Source: an uncultured Gammaproteobacteria bacterium (lineage in GTDB: Bacteria; Pseudomonadota; Gammaproteobacteria; UBA9214). Taken from it: a DNA stretch of 64,000 bases. The notes beneath the pieces are model-generated. The model saw nothing but the letters and a program-made list of their open reading frames with translations. It made no database searches and had not been told where the DNA came from. This document shows, one piece after another, positions 31,332-42,427 of this stretch; within the stretch, counting starts at the first letter, position 1; each line of letters opens with the position of its first letter. The stretch is taken from NCBI GenBank assembly GCA_963773065.1, contig CAVYZN010000032.1, positions 128,001-192,000 on the forward strand. The letters run 5' to 3'. The translations under genes were made by a program, and so were the position numbers.

Positions 31332-32855
31332 CTATCTCTTCCATTTCAGACTCGTGGTGAGATCGCGATCCAGTGAGCGATAGCCGAGTGCCTCACTGAT
31401 ATGGACGGTCTCGATGCCGGAGCAATCCGCCAGGTCGGCAATGGTGCGCGCCACCTTCAGTATCCGGTGATAGGCGCGCGCCGACAGCTTCAGCCGTTCC
31501 ATGGCCTGCTGCAGCAGGCGGCGGTCGCTATGTTGCAAGGCACAGTGGGCGTCGATTTCCTGATGATCCAGCCGGCTGTTCAGTGAGCCGGCGCGGGCGT
31601 ACTGATACTCGCGCGCCCGCATCACCCGCGCACGCACCCGCTGGCTGGGCTCCCCCCGCGGTCCGTCGAGTTCACCGAAGGGGAGGCGGGGGACCTCGAT
31701 ATGCAGGTCGATGCGATCCAGCAGCGGACCCGAGAGGCGGCCTCGATAGCGCTGGATCTGTTCCGAGGTGCATCGGCAGCGTCCCGATGCGTCACCCAGG
31801 TAGCCGCAGGGGCAGGGATTCATGGCCGCGACAAGCTGGAATTGCGCCGGGTATTCCGCTTGCCGCGCCGCGCGTGAAATCATGATGCGGCCGGACTCGA
31901 GCGGTTCGCGCAGCACCTCCAGCACCCGGCGGTCGAACTCGGGCAGTTCGTCGAGAAACAGCACGCCGTGATGGGCGAGGGAGATTTCCCCGGGGCGCGG
32001 GTTGGAACCGCCGCCGACCAGCGCCACGGCCGAGGCGGTGTGATGCGGCGCCCGGTAGGCGCGCCGCCGCCAGCTGGCGGTGCTGATCACATGCCCGCTG
32101 ATCGAGGTGATGGCGGCCGCCTCCATGGCTTCCTCTTCGGTCAGTTCCGGGAGGATGCTCGGCAGGCGGCTGGCCAGCAGGGATTTGCCGGTTCCCGGCG
32201 GTCCGATCAGCAGCAGGCTGTGGCCGCCGGCGGCGGCGATCTCCAAAGCGCGCCGCGCGTGATGCTGGCCGCGGACATCGGCGAGATCCGGGAGCGGGGT
32301 ATCACAGGCGGTGGCGCGCGGTGCTGCCTGGCGCTCCAGCGGGCGCGTTCCCGTCAGGTGGGCGCTGATATCGAGCAGATGATGACCGGCATAGACACTC
32401 GCCGTTCTGACCAGCACCGCTTCCGCCACGTTTTCCACGGGGACCACGAGGGCCCGTCCCGCCCGCTGGGTGTGCACTGTCATGGGCAGTATCCCGTGCA
32501 CGGGGCGCAGTTCCCCGGACAGGGCCAGTTCACCGGCAAATTCGTAGCGCGGTAAATCCTGTCCCGGAATCTGGCCGGAGGCGGCGAGTATGCCCAGCGC
32601 GATCGGCAGATCGAAGCGCCCGCCCTCCTTCGGCAGGTCGGCGGGCGCGAGGTTGATGGTGATGCGGCGCGCCGGAAACGCGAACCGCGAATTCAGCAAC
32701 GCCCCGCGCACCCGGTCCTTGCTTTCCTTGACCGCCGTTTCCGGCAGGCCGACGATGGAAAGACCCGGCAGGCCGTTGGAGAGGTGTACCTCGACCGTGA
32801 CCAGCGGGGCGTCCATCCCCACCTGGGCGCGGCTGTAGAGTATCGCCAGTGACAT
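31332..32855 (-). CDS. comM: ComM/YifB Mg-chelatase-like AAA+ ATPase
   Basis: ITINLAPADLPKEG, GPPGTGKS, GEISLAHHGVLFLDELPEF, AMNPCPCG. Confidence 0.95.
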   Translation of the reverse strand: MSLAILYSRAQVGMDAPLVTVEVHLSNGLPGLSIVGLPETAVKESKDRVRGALLNSRFAFPARRITINLAPADLPKEGGRFDLPIALGILAASGQIPGQDLPRYEFAGELALSGELRPVHGILPMTVHTQRAGRALVVPVENVAEAVLVRTASVYAGHHLLDISAHLTGTRPLERQAAPRATACDTPLPDLADVRGQHHARRALEIAAAGGHSLLLIGPPGTGKSLLASRLPSILPELTEEEAMEAAAITSISGHVISTASWRRRAYRAPHHTASAVALVGGGSNPRPGEISLAHHGVLFLDELPEFDRRVLEVLREPLESGRIMISRAARQAEYPAQFQLVAAMNPCPCGYLGDASGRCRCTSEQIQRYRGRLSGPLLDRIDLHIEVPRLPFGELDGPRGEPSQRVRARVMRAREYQYARAGSLNSRLDHQEIDAHCALQHSDRRLLQQAMERLKLSARAYHRILKVARTIADLADCSGIETVHISEALGYRSLDRDLTTSLKWKR

Positions 32856-32921
32856 GGTGTTCCTTCCGTGGTTGTTTGCGTGGTGGCTGGCCACGCGGTG
32901 GCTTCATTGCCGGTTATGCCG

Positions 32922-33206
32922 TCAGGTCTGGTCGTGTCGTTTGTTACCTTGTGGTTCGTTCGGCGGTGTCTGCCCTTCCAGTGTGGCAATCATACTTTCC
33001 AGTTTGTCGAGTTTCTCGCGCGTGCGCGCCAGCAGGCGTGACTGTACATCGAACTCCTCGCGCGTCACCAGGTCCAGTTTCGACAATGTCGCCTGCAGGA
33101 TGCTGCGCAGGTTTTTTTCCACGTCCTGCTGGATTTCCCGGACGCCGGGCGGAACGGCATCGGCCAAGCGCCTGGCAAGGTCATCTAGGAATTTGGTGTC
33201 AATCAT
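32922..33206 (-). CDS. ubiK: Ubiquinone biosynthesis accessory factor
   Basis: KLDLVTREEFDVQ..LARTREKL..LE; conserved position between comM and glnK. Confidence 0.9.
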   Translation of the reverse strand: MIDTKFLDDLARRLADAVPPGVREIQQDVEKNLRSILQATLSKLDLVTREEFDVQSRLLARTREKLDKLESMIATLEGQTPPNEPQGNKRHDQT

Positions 33207-33300
33207 TTCGATCACCATAGACCAAGCCGTTGAGGTGTGTCCAGTGAGGCGTGAACCGATGCCCCGATGAAGTGCGTTTGTTGGTTATATGCATCATCAA

Positions 33301-33318
33301 GCGCCCCATAATGGCGCA
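33301..33318. promoter_or_regulatory. NtrC-type enhancer site
   Basis: GCGCCCCATAATGGCGCA resembles TGCACC-N5-GGTGCA; lies upstream of a sigma54 promoter. Confidence 0.55.
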
Positions 33319-33380
33319 TCGTTTATTATGGTAGTTCTCGGCATTACTGCAAGCAACTGTTTATTAATTAATTATTATTG

Positions 33381-33395
33381 TGGCACGCTGATTGC
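33381..33395 (+). promoter_or_regulatory. Sigma-54 (-24/-12) promoter of the porin-glnK-amtB operon
   Basis: TGGCACGCTGATTGC fits TGGCAC-N5-TTGC exactly. Confidence 0.85.
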
Positions 33396-33511
33396 TTTTG
33401 TCGGCTTGTGAGCCAAAACAGCAACAACGCCTTGCGTTCTGTTCACGGCGGCAAGGGTTACTTTCTTTCGAAGAACGCTTTTCAGCTAACACCTTAACAG
33501 GAGTCTATGAC

Positions 33512-34221
33512 ATGAACACCTTTACCAAGACCTTGACCGCGGCGGCGCTGGCGACTGTTTCCGGCTTCGTCGCGGCGGCGGATGACATCGCCGCCAACGT
33601 CTCGATGGCGAGCGACTACATCTGGCGTGGCGTTTCCCAGACCAATGAGAAGCCGGCCATTCCAGGGGGTTTCGATTACAGCCACGACTTCGATCCGATC
33701 ACCTGGTATGTCGGTACCTGGGGCAGCAACATCGATCCGACCTTCTTCGGCGGCATCCACAGCCCCACCATGGAACTGGACCTCTATACCGGCATCTCCG
33801 GCAAGAAGGACGACTTCAGCTATAACGCGGGCTGGTTGCGTTACTTCTATCCGGGCGGTTCTTCCAATGCCACGACCGAATGGAAGGTCGGCGGTGGCTG
33901 GAAGTGGTTCGGGGTGGAGTACTACTACAGCAAGGACTGGTTCGGTACGAGCGACAACTCGAGCCGCATCGAAGGCTCATTCAACTATGCGCTGCCTTAT
34001 GAGATCGCCCTGTCGGCCGTCGTTGGCAACAACTACGGCGACGGCACCGAGGATTTCTTCACCGACAGCTACGTCGACTGGAAGCTGGGGGTGAGCAAGA
34101 AGTGGCTGGGCGTCAACTGGGGCCTGGCCTATACCGACACCAACATTGATAAGGAGGACTGCGGCAACTCGGATCTGTGCGACGCCCACTATGTGGCTTC
34201 CCTGAGCAAGGAAGTTTCTAA
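33512..34221 (+). CDS. TorF-family putative outer-membrane porin (end approximate; probable indel)
   Basis: SDYIWRGVSQT...PAI.GGFDY...GTWGSN...ELDLY motifs; typical position upstream of glnK. Confidence 0.8.
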
Positions 34222-34614
<393 letters not shown>

Positions 34615-34645
34615 TCTCAATCCATCAGCAGAAGAGGAGAGCATT

Positions 34646-35976
34646 ATGTTTAAGCAGATCAAGGGGCGTTCAGGCGCCCTGATGGTGGGATTACTCGGCC
34701 TGCTGCCATCCCTGGCGATGGCCGAGAACGCCCCCCCACCTTGAATTCCGGTGATACCGCCTGGATGCTGACGTCAACCGCACTGGTGCTGTTCATGACC
34801 ATTCCGGGCCTGGCGCTGTTCTATGGCGGCATGGTGCGTGCCAAAAACGTGCTGGCGACACTGATGCAGTGCTTCGCCGTCACCTGTCTGGTCACGGTGC
34901 TGTGGACGCTGTATGGCTACAGCATGGCCTTTGACACGACGGGTATGGAGAAGGGCGTCACGAACCTCTATTCGTTCGTCGGCAGCCTCAACAAGGCATT
35001 TCTGAGCGGCGTAGGTCTGGATAGCCTGACCCTCACCATTCCTGAAACGGTGTTTATGTGCTTCCAGATGACCTTCGCGATCATCACCCCGGCGCTGATC
35101 GTGGGCGCCTTCGCGGAGCGCATGAAGTTCTCGGCGCTGCTGTGGTTCATGGGCATCTGGTTCACCGTCATCTACGCGCCGATTGCGCACATGGTGTGGA
35201 GCGGCGACGGCGGCCTGCTGTGGGATCTGGGCGTGCTGGACTTCGCCGGCGGCACCGTGGTGCACATCAATGCCGGTATCGCGGGGCTGATGGCATGCCT
35301 GGTGATGGGCAAACGCAAGGGTTACCCCACCACCGCCATGCCGCCGCACAACCTGGGCTATACCGTGATGGGCGCCTCGATGCTGTGGGTCGGCTGGTTT
35401 GGCTTCAATGCGGGCAGCGCGGTGGCCGCAAACGGCACCGCGGGCATGGCCATGGCCGTGACGCAGATCGCCACGGCAACAGCGGCGCTGGCGTGGATGT
35501 TCGCGGAGTGGATCTCGCATGGCAAGCCCAGCGTGCTGGGTATCGCTTCCGGCGCGGTCGCCGGTCTGGTCGCGATCACGCCGGCCTCGGGTTTCGTCGG
35601 TCCGATGGGCGCGCTGGTGATCGGCGTTGCCGCCGGCGTCGGCTGCTACCTCGCCGCCGCCAAGCTCAAGCGCGCACTCGGCTACGATGACTCGCTCGAC
35701 GTGTTCGGCGTGCACGCGGTCGGGGGTATCATCGGCGCGCTGCTCACCGGCGTATTCGCCGCGGCGAGCTTGGGCGGCTCCAAGGCCGATCTCGACATCG
35801 GCGGCCAGGTCTGGATACAGACACTGGGCGTGCTGTTCACCCTGGTGTACTCGGGCATCGGCAGCTTCATCATCCTGAAGATCGTCGATGTGATCATCGG
35901 TCTGCGGGTCACGGAGGAACAGGAAACCGAAGGTCTGGATGTCAGCCAGCACGACGAGCGAGGTTATATCCTGTAA
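34646..35976 (+). CDS. amtB: Ammonium transporter (frameshift in C-run near 34735)
   Basis: GDTAWML, FQMTFAIITPALI, DFAGGTVVH, WFGFNAGS. Confidence 0.95.
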
Positions 35977-35994
35977 CACCGTATCACCAACGGG

Positions 35995-36026
35995 AAAACG
36001 ACGGGCGCTACGGCGCCCGTTTTTTT
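35995..36026 (+). terminator. Rho-independent terminator after amtB
   Basis: ACGGGCGC-TACG-GCGCCCGT stem-loop followed by a T run. Confidence 0.8.
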
Positions 36027-36345
36027 GCATCCATGGATGGATGCAGGTCGCGGTAGGCAGGGACGATGCATAGGGATATGCAAGTGTCGCGGGAGGCAGG
36101 ATGCCGGGAGCGGCGGCCGGGAGCGACCCTTCAACGACGCGATGTGGGTTGTAAGTGTCGGGAGCGATGAGCCGTAAGGGAAGGCCGCTCCGGACATCCT
36201 CGGTAACTGCTCCTGCGTTACCCTACCTCCTGCATCCCTGCAGTCGTGTCCTCACGCGGCACTCGTACATCCATGTACATCGTAGGCACGGTCGTTCTCG
36301 CACTTCCGTGTGCTTCGCGACACTCGGACCTTCTGTCCATCGCCG
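36027..36345. repeat. Cluster of nested ~45-55 bp REP/MITE-like units
   Basis: GATGCATAGGGATATGCAAGTGTCGCGGGAGGCAGGATGCCGGGAGCGGC at 36065-36114 plus reverse-strand relatives at 36184-36281 and 36291-36344. Confidence 0.7.
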
Positions 36346-36432
36346 GGCACCCTATATAGGAAATGAGAGTTTGAATCACTATACTGCGTTGTGCATCTCC
36401 CAAGACCCAGCGGTAACCACAAGGACACAACG

Positions 36433-38555
36433 ATGGGAAAAGTGTTGAAAGTCATCTTAGGCTTGGTAGCGGTTGCCATCGGATTAATCATCGTGCTGGC
36501 AGTAGCGCTGCCATTCATCATCGATCCGAATGATTACAAGGACCAGATCGCGGCGGCGGTGAAAGACAAGACCGGTCGCACCCTGACCATAGACGGTGAT
36601 ATCAACCTGTCCGTGTTCCCCTGGCTGGGGCTGGATATCGGTCCCACGCGCTTGAGCAACGCGGAGGGCTTCGGCGAGCAGCCTATGGCCAGCATGGAAA
36701 AGGTGCAGGTGCGCGTAAAATTGCTTCCGCTGCTGCACAAGCAGATGGAGATGGACACACTCAGGCTGTCCGGCCTGCGCCTGCAGCTTGGCAAGGATGT
36801 CAGCGGCCGCAGCAACTGGGATGATCTGCGGGGTGAACCCGGCGAGCAAACGCAAACCGGCGCGCAGCAGCCGGGCGAAGCGGCGGGCAGTCCTCTCGCC
36901 GGTCTGGCAATCGGCGGTGTGGAGGTGGCCGATGCCGAAGTGCTGTGGGATGACCGCGCCGCCGGGACGCGTTACGAGATCAACGACCTGGCATTTACCA
37001 CCGGCGCCATCGATCCCGGTGAACCGTTCGATATCGATCTGCATTTCCGCATGAACGCCAGGGAGCCCGCCATTGCCGGGGAGATAACACTGCGCGGCAA
37101 GATCCTGGTGGCCACATCATTGCGTGCTATCAACATGGACGGCGTTGATCTGAATGTCGACCTGCAGGGTGAAGGCGCGCCCGGCGGCCGGCTGCGGCTT
37201 TCGCTGGATGACCGATATCGCCGTCGATCTCGATCGGCAAACGCTGCAGATGCCGAAGCTGGCGCTGGAGACGCCGGGGCTCAAAATCACCGGCAATGCC
37301 AGCGGCACCGGGATCAGCGGCGAGGATCCCCGTTTCACCGGCGCGCTGAGTGTGGCGGAATTTGTGCCGCGTGATCTCATCAAGGCGCTGGGCCAGAAGC
37401 CGCCGGTCACCGCGGACAGCACGGTGCTGGGCAAGGCCGGCGCCGCGTTGCAATGGGAGGCCATCGAAGCGCCAAGCGTCAGCCACGTCCCTGCAGTTCC
37501 AGCTCGATGACACGCACGTGAACGGCAAGCTGCGCGTGGACAATTTCGCCAAGCCCGCGATTGACTTCGCCTTGCAGGCCGACCAGTTCGACCTGGATCG
37601 CTACCTGCCGCCGCCCGCCAAAGAGGCGCAGGCGGCCGCCGCCACGCCCGCCGCCACCGCGGCAGGTGGGGCGGGCGCCTTGCCGGTCGAGACCCTGCGC
37701 GGCCTGAACCTGGCCGGCAGCGTGAAAATTGGCAGGCTGAAGGCCTTTAATCTACGCTCCACGGACATCGAGTTCACGCTCAAATCCCAGGACGGCTTGC
37801 TGCGCGTGCACCCGGCCGTCGCCCGGCTGTACCAGGGGCAATACAGCGGGGACATCAGCATGGATGTGCGGGGAACTACCCCGCGTCTTTCCATGAATGA
37901 GCACGTGAAGACCATCCAGGCCGGGCCGTTGCTCAAGGATCTGACCGGCGATGACAAGATGAGCGGCACCGGCACCGTCGATGTCCAACTGGCCGGCAGC
38001 GGGACGACACCGGAGCAACTGCGCCGCACCCTGAATGGCAACGCCGCGTTTTCCTTCACCAACGGCAGCGTCAAGGGGGTGAACATCGCCTCCCTGCTGC
38101 GCAATGCCCAGGCAAAGCTCCAGGGACAGCCGCTGCCCGCGGACAACCAGCCCAATCAGACCGACTTCGCCGAGCTGCGGGGAACCGCGACCGTGACCGA
38201 TGGCGTGGTCAGGAACAACGATCTGTCCGTCAAGTCACCGCTGCTGAGAATCAACGGTGAAGGCCAGGCGAGCCTGCCCGCCGAGACCATTGATTACCTG
38301 TTGACGACCAAGATCGTCGGTTCCCTGAAAGGTCAGGGGGGCAAGGCGCTCGATGAGCTGAAGGGCGTCGCGATCCCGGTGCGCATCGGCGGAACCTTCA
38401 ACAAGCCGACCTACACGCCGGATCTCGCCGCCGCACTCGGCGACGTCGCCACGGAAAAGGCGAAGGAGAAGATCGAAAAGAAGACACAGAAGCTGCTGAA
38501 GGACAGGCTCGGCGATGAATCCACCAAGCAGTTGCTGAAGGGCTTGTTCAAATAG
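36433..38555 (+). CDS. asmA: AsmA family protein (frameshifts near 37210 and 37460)
   Basis: IDPNDYKDQI...TGRTL.IDGDI.LSVFPWLG; conserved position before mutY. Confidence 0.88.
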
Positions 38556-38569
38556 ACAGGCGGCCGGCA

Positions 38570-39124
38570 GTGCGCCTGATCCTGTGTGCGCTGCTGCTGG
38601 CGCCGCTCCTCGGCCACGCCGGTGGCGTGCTGGAGTCGTCCGTAACCTATCATGAGGGCGTATATTCGCTGTCCCTCGAGGCGCGCATCGACGCCCCGGT
38701 GGCCATGGTCTACCGCCTGATCACGGACTATGATCACCTCTCCGACATCAATCCGGCCATCAAGTACAGCCGGGTCCTGCGTACCGATAGCCCGGTAAAA
38801 CACCGTATGCGCAGCGTCACCCGCGTCTGCGTCCTGTTTTATTGCCGGGAGGTAACCCAGGTGCAGGACATGACGCAGCAGGCTGATTACGGTATTGATG
38901 CGCTGATCCTGCCGCAGGGAAGCGACTTTCGCCGTGGCCGCGCGCACTGGCGGCTCAAGGCTTCCGGCGATGCCACCCTGATGCATTTCGATGCCGAACT
39001 GGTACCGGATTTCTATATCCCGCCGCTGATCGGGCCTTGGCTGATCCGGCGTGAAATGGTCGGCCAGATAACGGAAATAATCAGGATCATCGAAGACCGC
39101 TACCAGCGGCGGAAATCGTCATGA
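38570..39124 (+). CDS. SRPBCC/START-like exported protein
   Basis: IDAPVAMVYRLITDYDHL...PDFYIPPLIG; signal peptide. Confidence 0.65.
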   Translation: MRLILCALLLAPLLGHAGGVLESSVTYHEGVYSLSLEARIDAPVAMVYRLITDYDHLSDINPAIKYSRVLRTDSPVKHRMRSVTRVCVLFYCREVTQVQDMTQQADYGIDALILPQGSDFRRGRAHWRLKASGDATLMHFDAELVPDFYIPPLIGPWLIRREMVGQITEIIRIIEDRYQRRKSS

Positions 39125-40186
39125 TGCCCAGGGATTTCAGTGGCCGGATACTCGACTGGTTTGACGTGCCATGGCCGCAGGGATCTTCCCTGGCAGGCAA
39201 ACCCCACGCCCTACCGCGTCTGGGTCTCGGAGATCATGTTGCAGCAGACCCAGGTGGCCACGGTCATTCCCTACTATGAGCGCTTCCTGGCGCGCTTTCC
39301 CGATGTGCATGCCCTGGCCGGCGCGAGCCCCGACCAGGTGCTGCACTACTGGTCGGGTCTGGGGTACTACGCGCGGGCGCGCAATCTGCATGCCGGTGCG
39401 CGCCTCGTCGCCGCGCGGTTTCGGGGCGGTTTCCCCGAAGACCTCGACGAGGCGATGGCGTTGCCCGGCATCGGCCGTTCCACCGCCGGGGCGATCCTGT
39501 CCCTGGCGTGCGGGCAGCGCCATGCCATACTGGACGGTAACGTGAAACGGGTGCTGGCCCGTTTCCACGCGGTGGAAGGCTGGCCGGGGCAGGCGTCCGT
39601 GCAGAAAAAGCTCTGGGCGCTGGCCGAGCGCCACACGCCGCCTACCCGCGTGGCGGACTACACCCAGGCGATCATGGATCTCGGCGCGACGCTGTGCACC
39701 CGGGGGCAACCCGCGTGCGGACAGTGTCCGCTCGCGCCGGACTGCAAGGCCCATGCCGCGGGACGACAGCGGGACTTCCCGGCGGCGCGCCCGCGCAGGG
39801 ATCTGCCGGTACGCAAGACGCGCCTGCTGCTCCTCAGTAACGAGGCTGGGGGAATACTGCTGGAGCAGCGTCCGCCGGCCGGTATCTGGGGCGGGCTGTG
39901 GAGTCTCCCCGAGGTGGCGCACGGACAGCCGCTGGATGCCTGGTGCCGCGAGCACATGGGACTGCGCGTGCGCGTAATCGAGGAATGGCCGTGCGTGCAG
40001 CATACCTTCAGCCATTTTCATCTGGAGATTACGCCGGTGCTGGCGCTGGCGGAGGCGCCGGCGGATGGCGTAAGGGAAGGGCGTAACCGGTTCTGGTTTA
40101 ATCCGGAGAACGCGGATGAGCGGGGTCTTGCGGCGCCGGTGGAACGGCTGCTGCGGCGTTTTAATCAACGACGGAAAAAGGAGTAG
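39121..40186 (+). CDS. mutY: A/G-specific adenine glycosylase (indel near the start)
   Basis: [36 protein letters not shown], Fe-S Cys cluster. Confidence 0.95.
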
Positions 40187-40190
40187 CGCC

Positions 40191-40469
40191 ATGAGCCGAA
40201 TGGTGAAATGCGTCAAGCTGGGAAAGGAAGCCGAAGGACTGGATGCGCCGACCTATCCCGGCGAACTGGGGCGGCGGATTTTCGAGCACGTTTCGAAGGA
40301 GGCCTGGCAGCTCTGGCTGCGCCACCAGACCATGCTGATCAATGAAAACCGCATCACGCCGGTGGATCCCAAGGCGCGCAAGTTTCTGGAGCAGGAGATG
40401 GAAAAGTTTTTCTTCGGCGGCGGCTCGACGCTTCCCGGCGGGTTCGTGTCGCCGGATACCTTGAAGTGA
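40191..40469 (+). CDS. yggX: Fe(II)-trafficking / oxidative damage protection protein
   Basis: [18 protein letters not shown]...[13 protein letters not shown]. Confidence 0.95.
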   Translation: MSRMVKCVKLGKEAEGLDAPTYPGELGRRIFEHVSKEAWQLWLRHQTMLINENRITPVDPKARKFLEQEMEKFFFGGGSTLPGGFVSPDTLK

Positions 40470-40589
40470 TGGGTGTTCGCGATGTCAAGGAACTCCCCGG
40501 CCATGACCGGCGCTGTTTCCGCCCTCACTGCGATGGATTATCAACAGACTGTTCATTCCACCCGCCAGGGTAAATAATACCGTCCCGCC

Positions 40590-40618
40590 TTGACTCGCCA
40601 TGGGTCTGCGGCTTTAAT
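40590..40618 (+). promoter_or_regulatory. Sigma-70 promoter of tRNA-Phe
   Basis: TTGACT-N17-TTTAAT, 10 nt before the tRNA. Confidence 0.65.
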
Positions 40619-40628
40619 ACACACCCCC

Positions 40629-40704
40629 GGCCAGGTAGCTCAGTTGGTAGAGCAGGGGACTGAAAATCCCCGTGTCGGCGGTTCGATTCCGTCCCTGGCC
40701 ACCA
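40629..40704 (+). tRNA. tRNA-Phe(GAA)
   Basis: 76-nt cloverleaf GGCCAGG...CCTGGCC-ACCA; anticodon loop CTGAAAA; TTCGATT T-loop. Confidence 0.98.
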
Positions 40705-41125
40705 TATTTCCAGTCACTTACGTCATTTGCAAACGTTACGGTATTTCCCCTCGCGGGAGTTTTGCAGGGAGCTATCTCACGCTCAGTCATCAGCCCACGT
40801 CGTTCTCACCGCTCGCAACTCCACGCCCCTTAGTGGGTTCTATACTGATATCACCGCCTCAGCCTTTCAGTCGATCCGCGACTGTTGGAGCCCGACATGT
40901 CTGGCAGATGAAAGCGACGCAAAAAATTCTTCAGCGTGTCGATTTTACGGGACCTCGTTCGTCTACAGTTAGAGCGAGGGTCAGAATCCGTCCGGGATTA
41001 TCCGGAAGCCTGGCTCGAAATCCAAGCAACAAGGGGAAGTTACGATGCGATTCATGATTATCGTCAAGAGGAGGAAGGGGGAGGAGGAGATGAATGCGTT
41101 AGAAAGGAAGGGTTAGAGGCGGCGT

Positions 41126-42427
41126 GTGGCCCGCTCGTGGATTAACGACATGAATGCCGACCTCATCAGGCACGAACTAGCAGGAATCAAACCGTCTTTG
41201 AATTTCATCGCCGCATTGGCGCTGGTGTTATCGATAGGTACGCTCGGAGGCTGCAAACAAGGGGGCGGCACCCAGGCCCCGCAGATGCCGCCTCCTGCCG
41301 TCAGCGTGGCTGAAGTCATCACCAGAGAAGTGACGCAGTGGGATGAGTTCACCGGCCATATCGAGGCCGTGGAGACAGTCCGTATCCAGCCGCGGGTGGC
41401 GGGTTATCTAGAGACGGTCAACTTCCAGGAAGGCAAGGAGGTGAAGAAGGGAGACGTACTGTTCGTCATCGACCAACGCCCTTTCCAAGCCGAACTCGCG
41501 CGCGCCACGGCCGAACTCGCGCGCGCGCAAACGCGCTCCGAACTTGCCCGGGCCCAGGCATCGCGCGCCAAGAAACTCTTGGAACGGCACCTGACCTCAG
41601 AAGACGAATACGATGAACGCACCGCCGCGGACGCACAGGCCAAGGCCGATGTTCGCGCCGCCGAGGCGGCGGTCGAGGTCGCCCGTCTCGATCTTCAATA
41701 CACGGAGATCCGCTCGCCCATCGACGGCCGCACCAGTCGACGCCATCGTGACACCGGGTAATCTGGTGGCGGGTGGCGAAATGGTGCCCGATGCGACCTT
41801 GCTCACCACGGTGGTGTCGCTGGACCCGGTATACGTGTACTTCGAAGCGGACGAACAGACCTATCTCCGTTACGGCGCCATGGCGCGCAACGGCGAACGG
41901 CCGGGTTCGCGCGAGGTCGCGAACAAGGTCATGGTTGGATTGGCCAACGACGAGAATTTTCCGTACGAAGGACAGCATGGACTTCATCGATAATCAAGTC
42001 GATCCCGCGACCGGTACGATCCGCGCCCGCGCCGTGCTCGACAACAAGGAGCGCATCTTCACCCCTGGCCTGTTCGCGCGCATCAAGCTGGCCGGCAGCG
42101 GCAAGTTCCCGGCCGTGCTGATGGACGATAAAGCCGATCCTCACTGACCAGGACCGGAAGTATGTTTATGTGCTCGGGCCTGACAAGACCGCGCAGCGCC
42201 GCGACGTTAAGATCGGCCGCAAGGCCGAGGGCCTGCGCATCGTGACCGATGGCCTGACAGCCGGAGACAAGGTGATCGTGCATGGCGTGCAGAAGATCTT
42301 CTTCCCCGGCATGCCGGTGATGCCACAAACGATCATCATGGGCGACCCGCCGCCGTCGCCCGGACCGCCGGCCGCCGCGAGTGGTGAGTCGGGGCCGGCG
42401 AGTACGGTCCAGCCGCCTGGCACATGA
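41126..42427 (+). CDS. RND efflux membrane fusion protein, MexE-like (frameshifts)
   Basis: WDEFTGHIEAVETVRIQPRVAGY, IRSPIDG, FIDNQVDPATGTIRARA. Confidence 0.88.
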
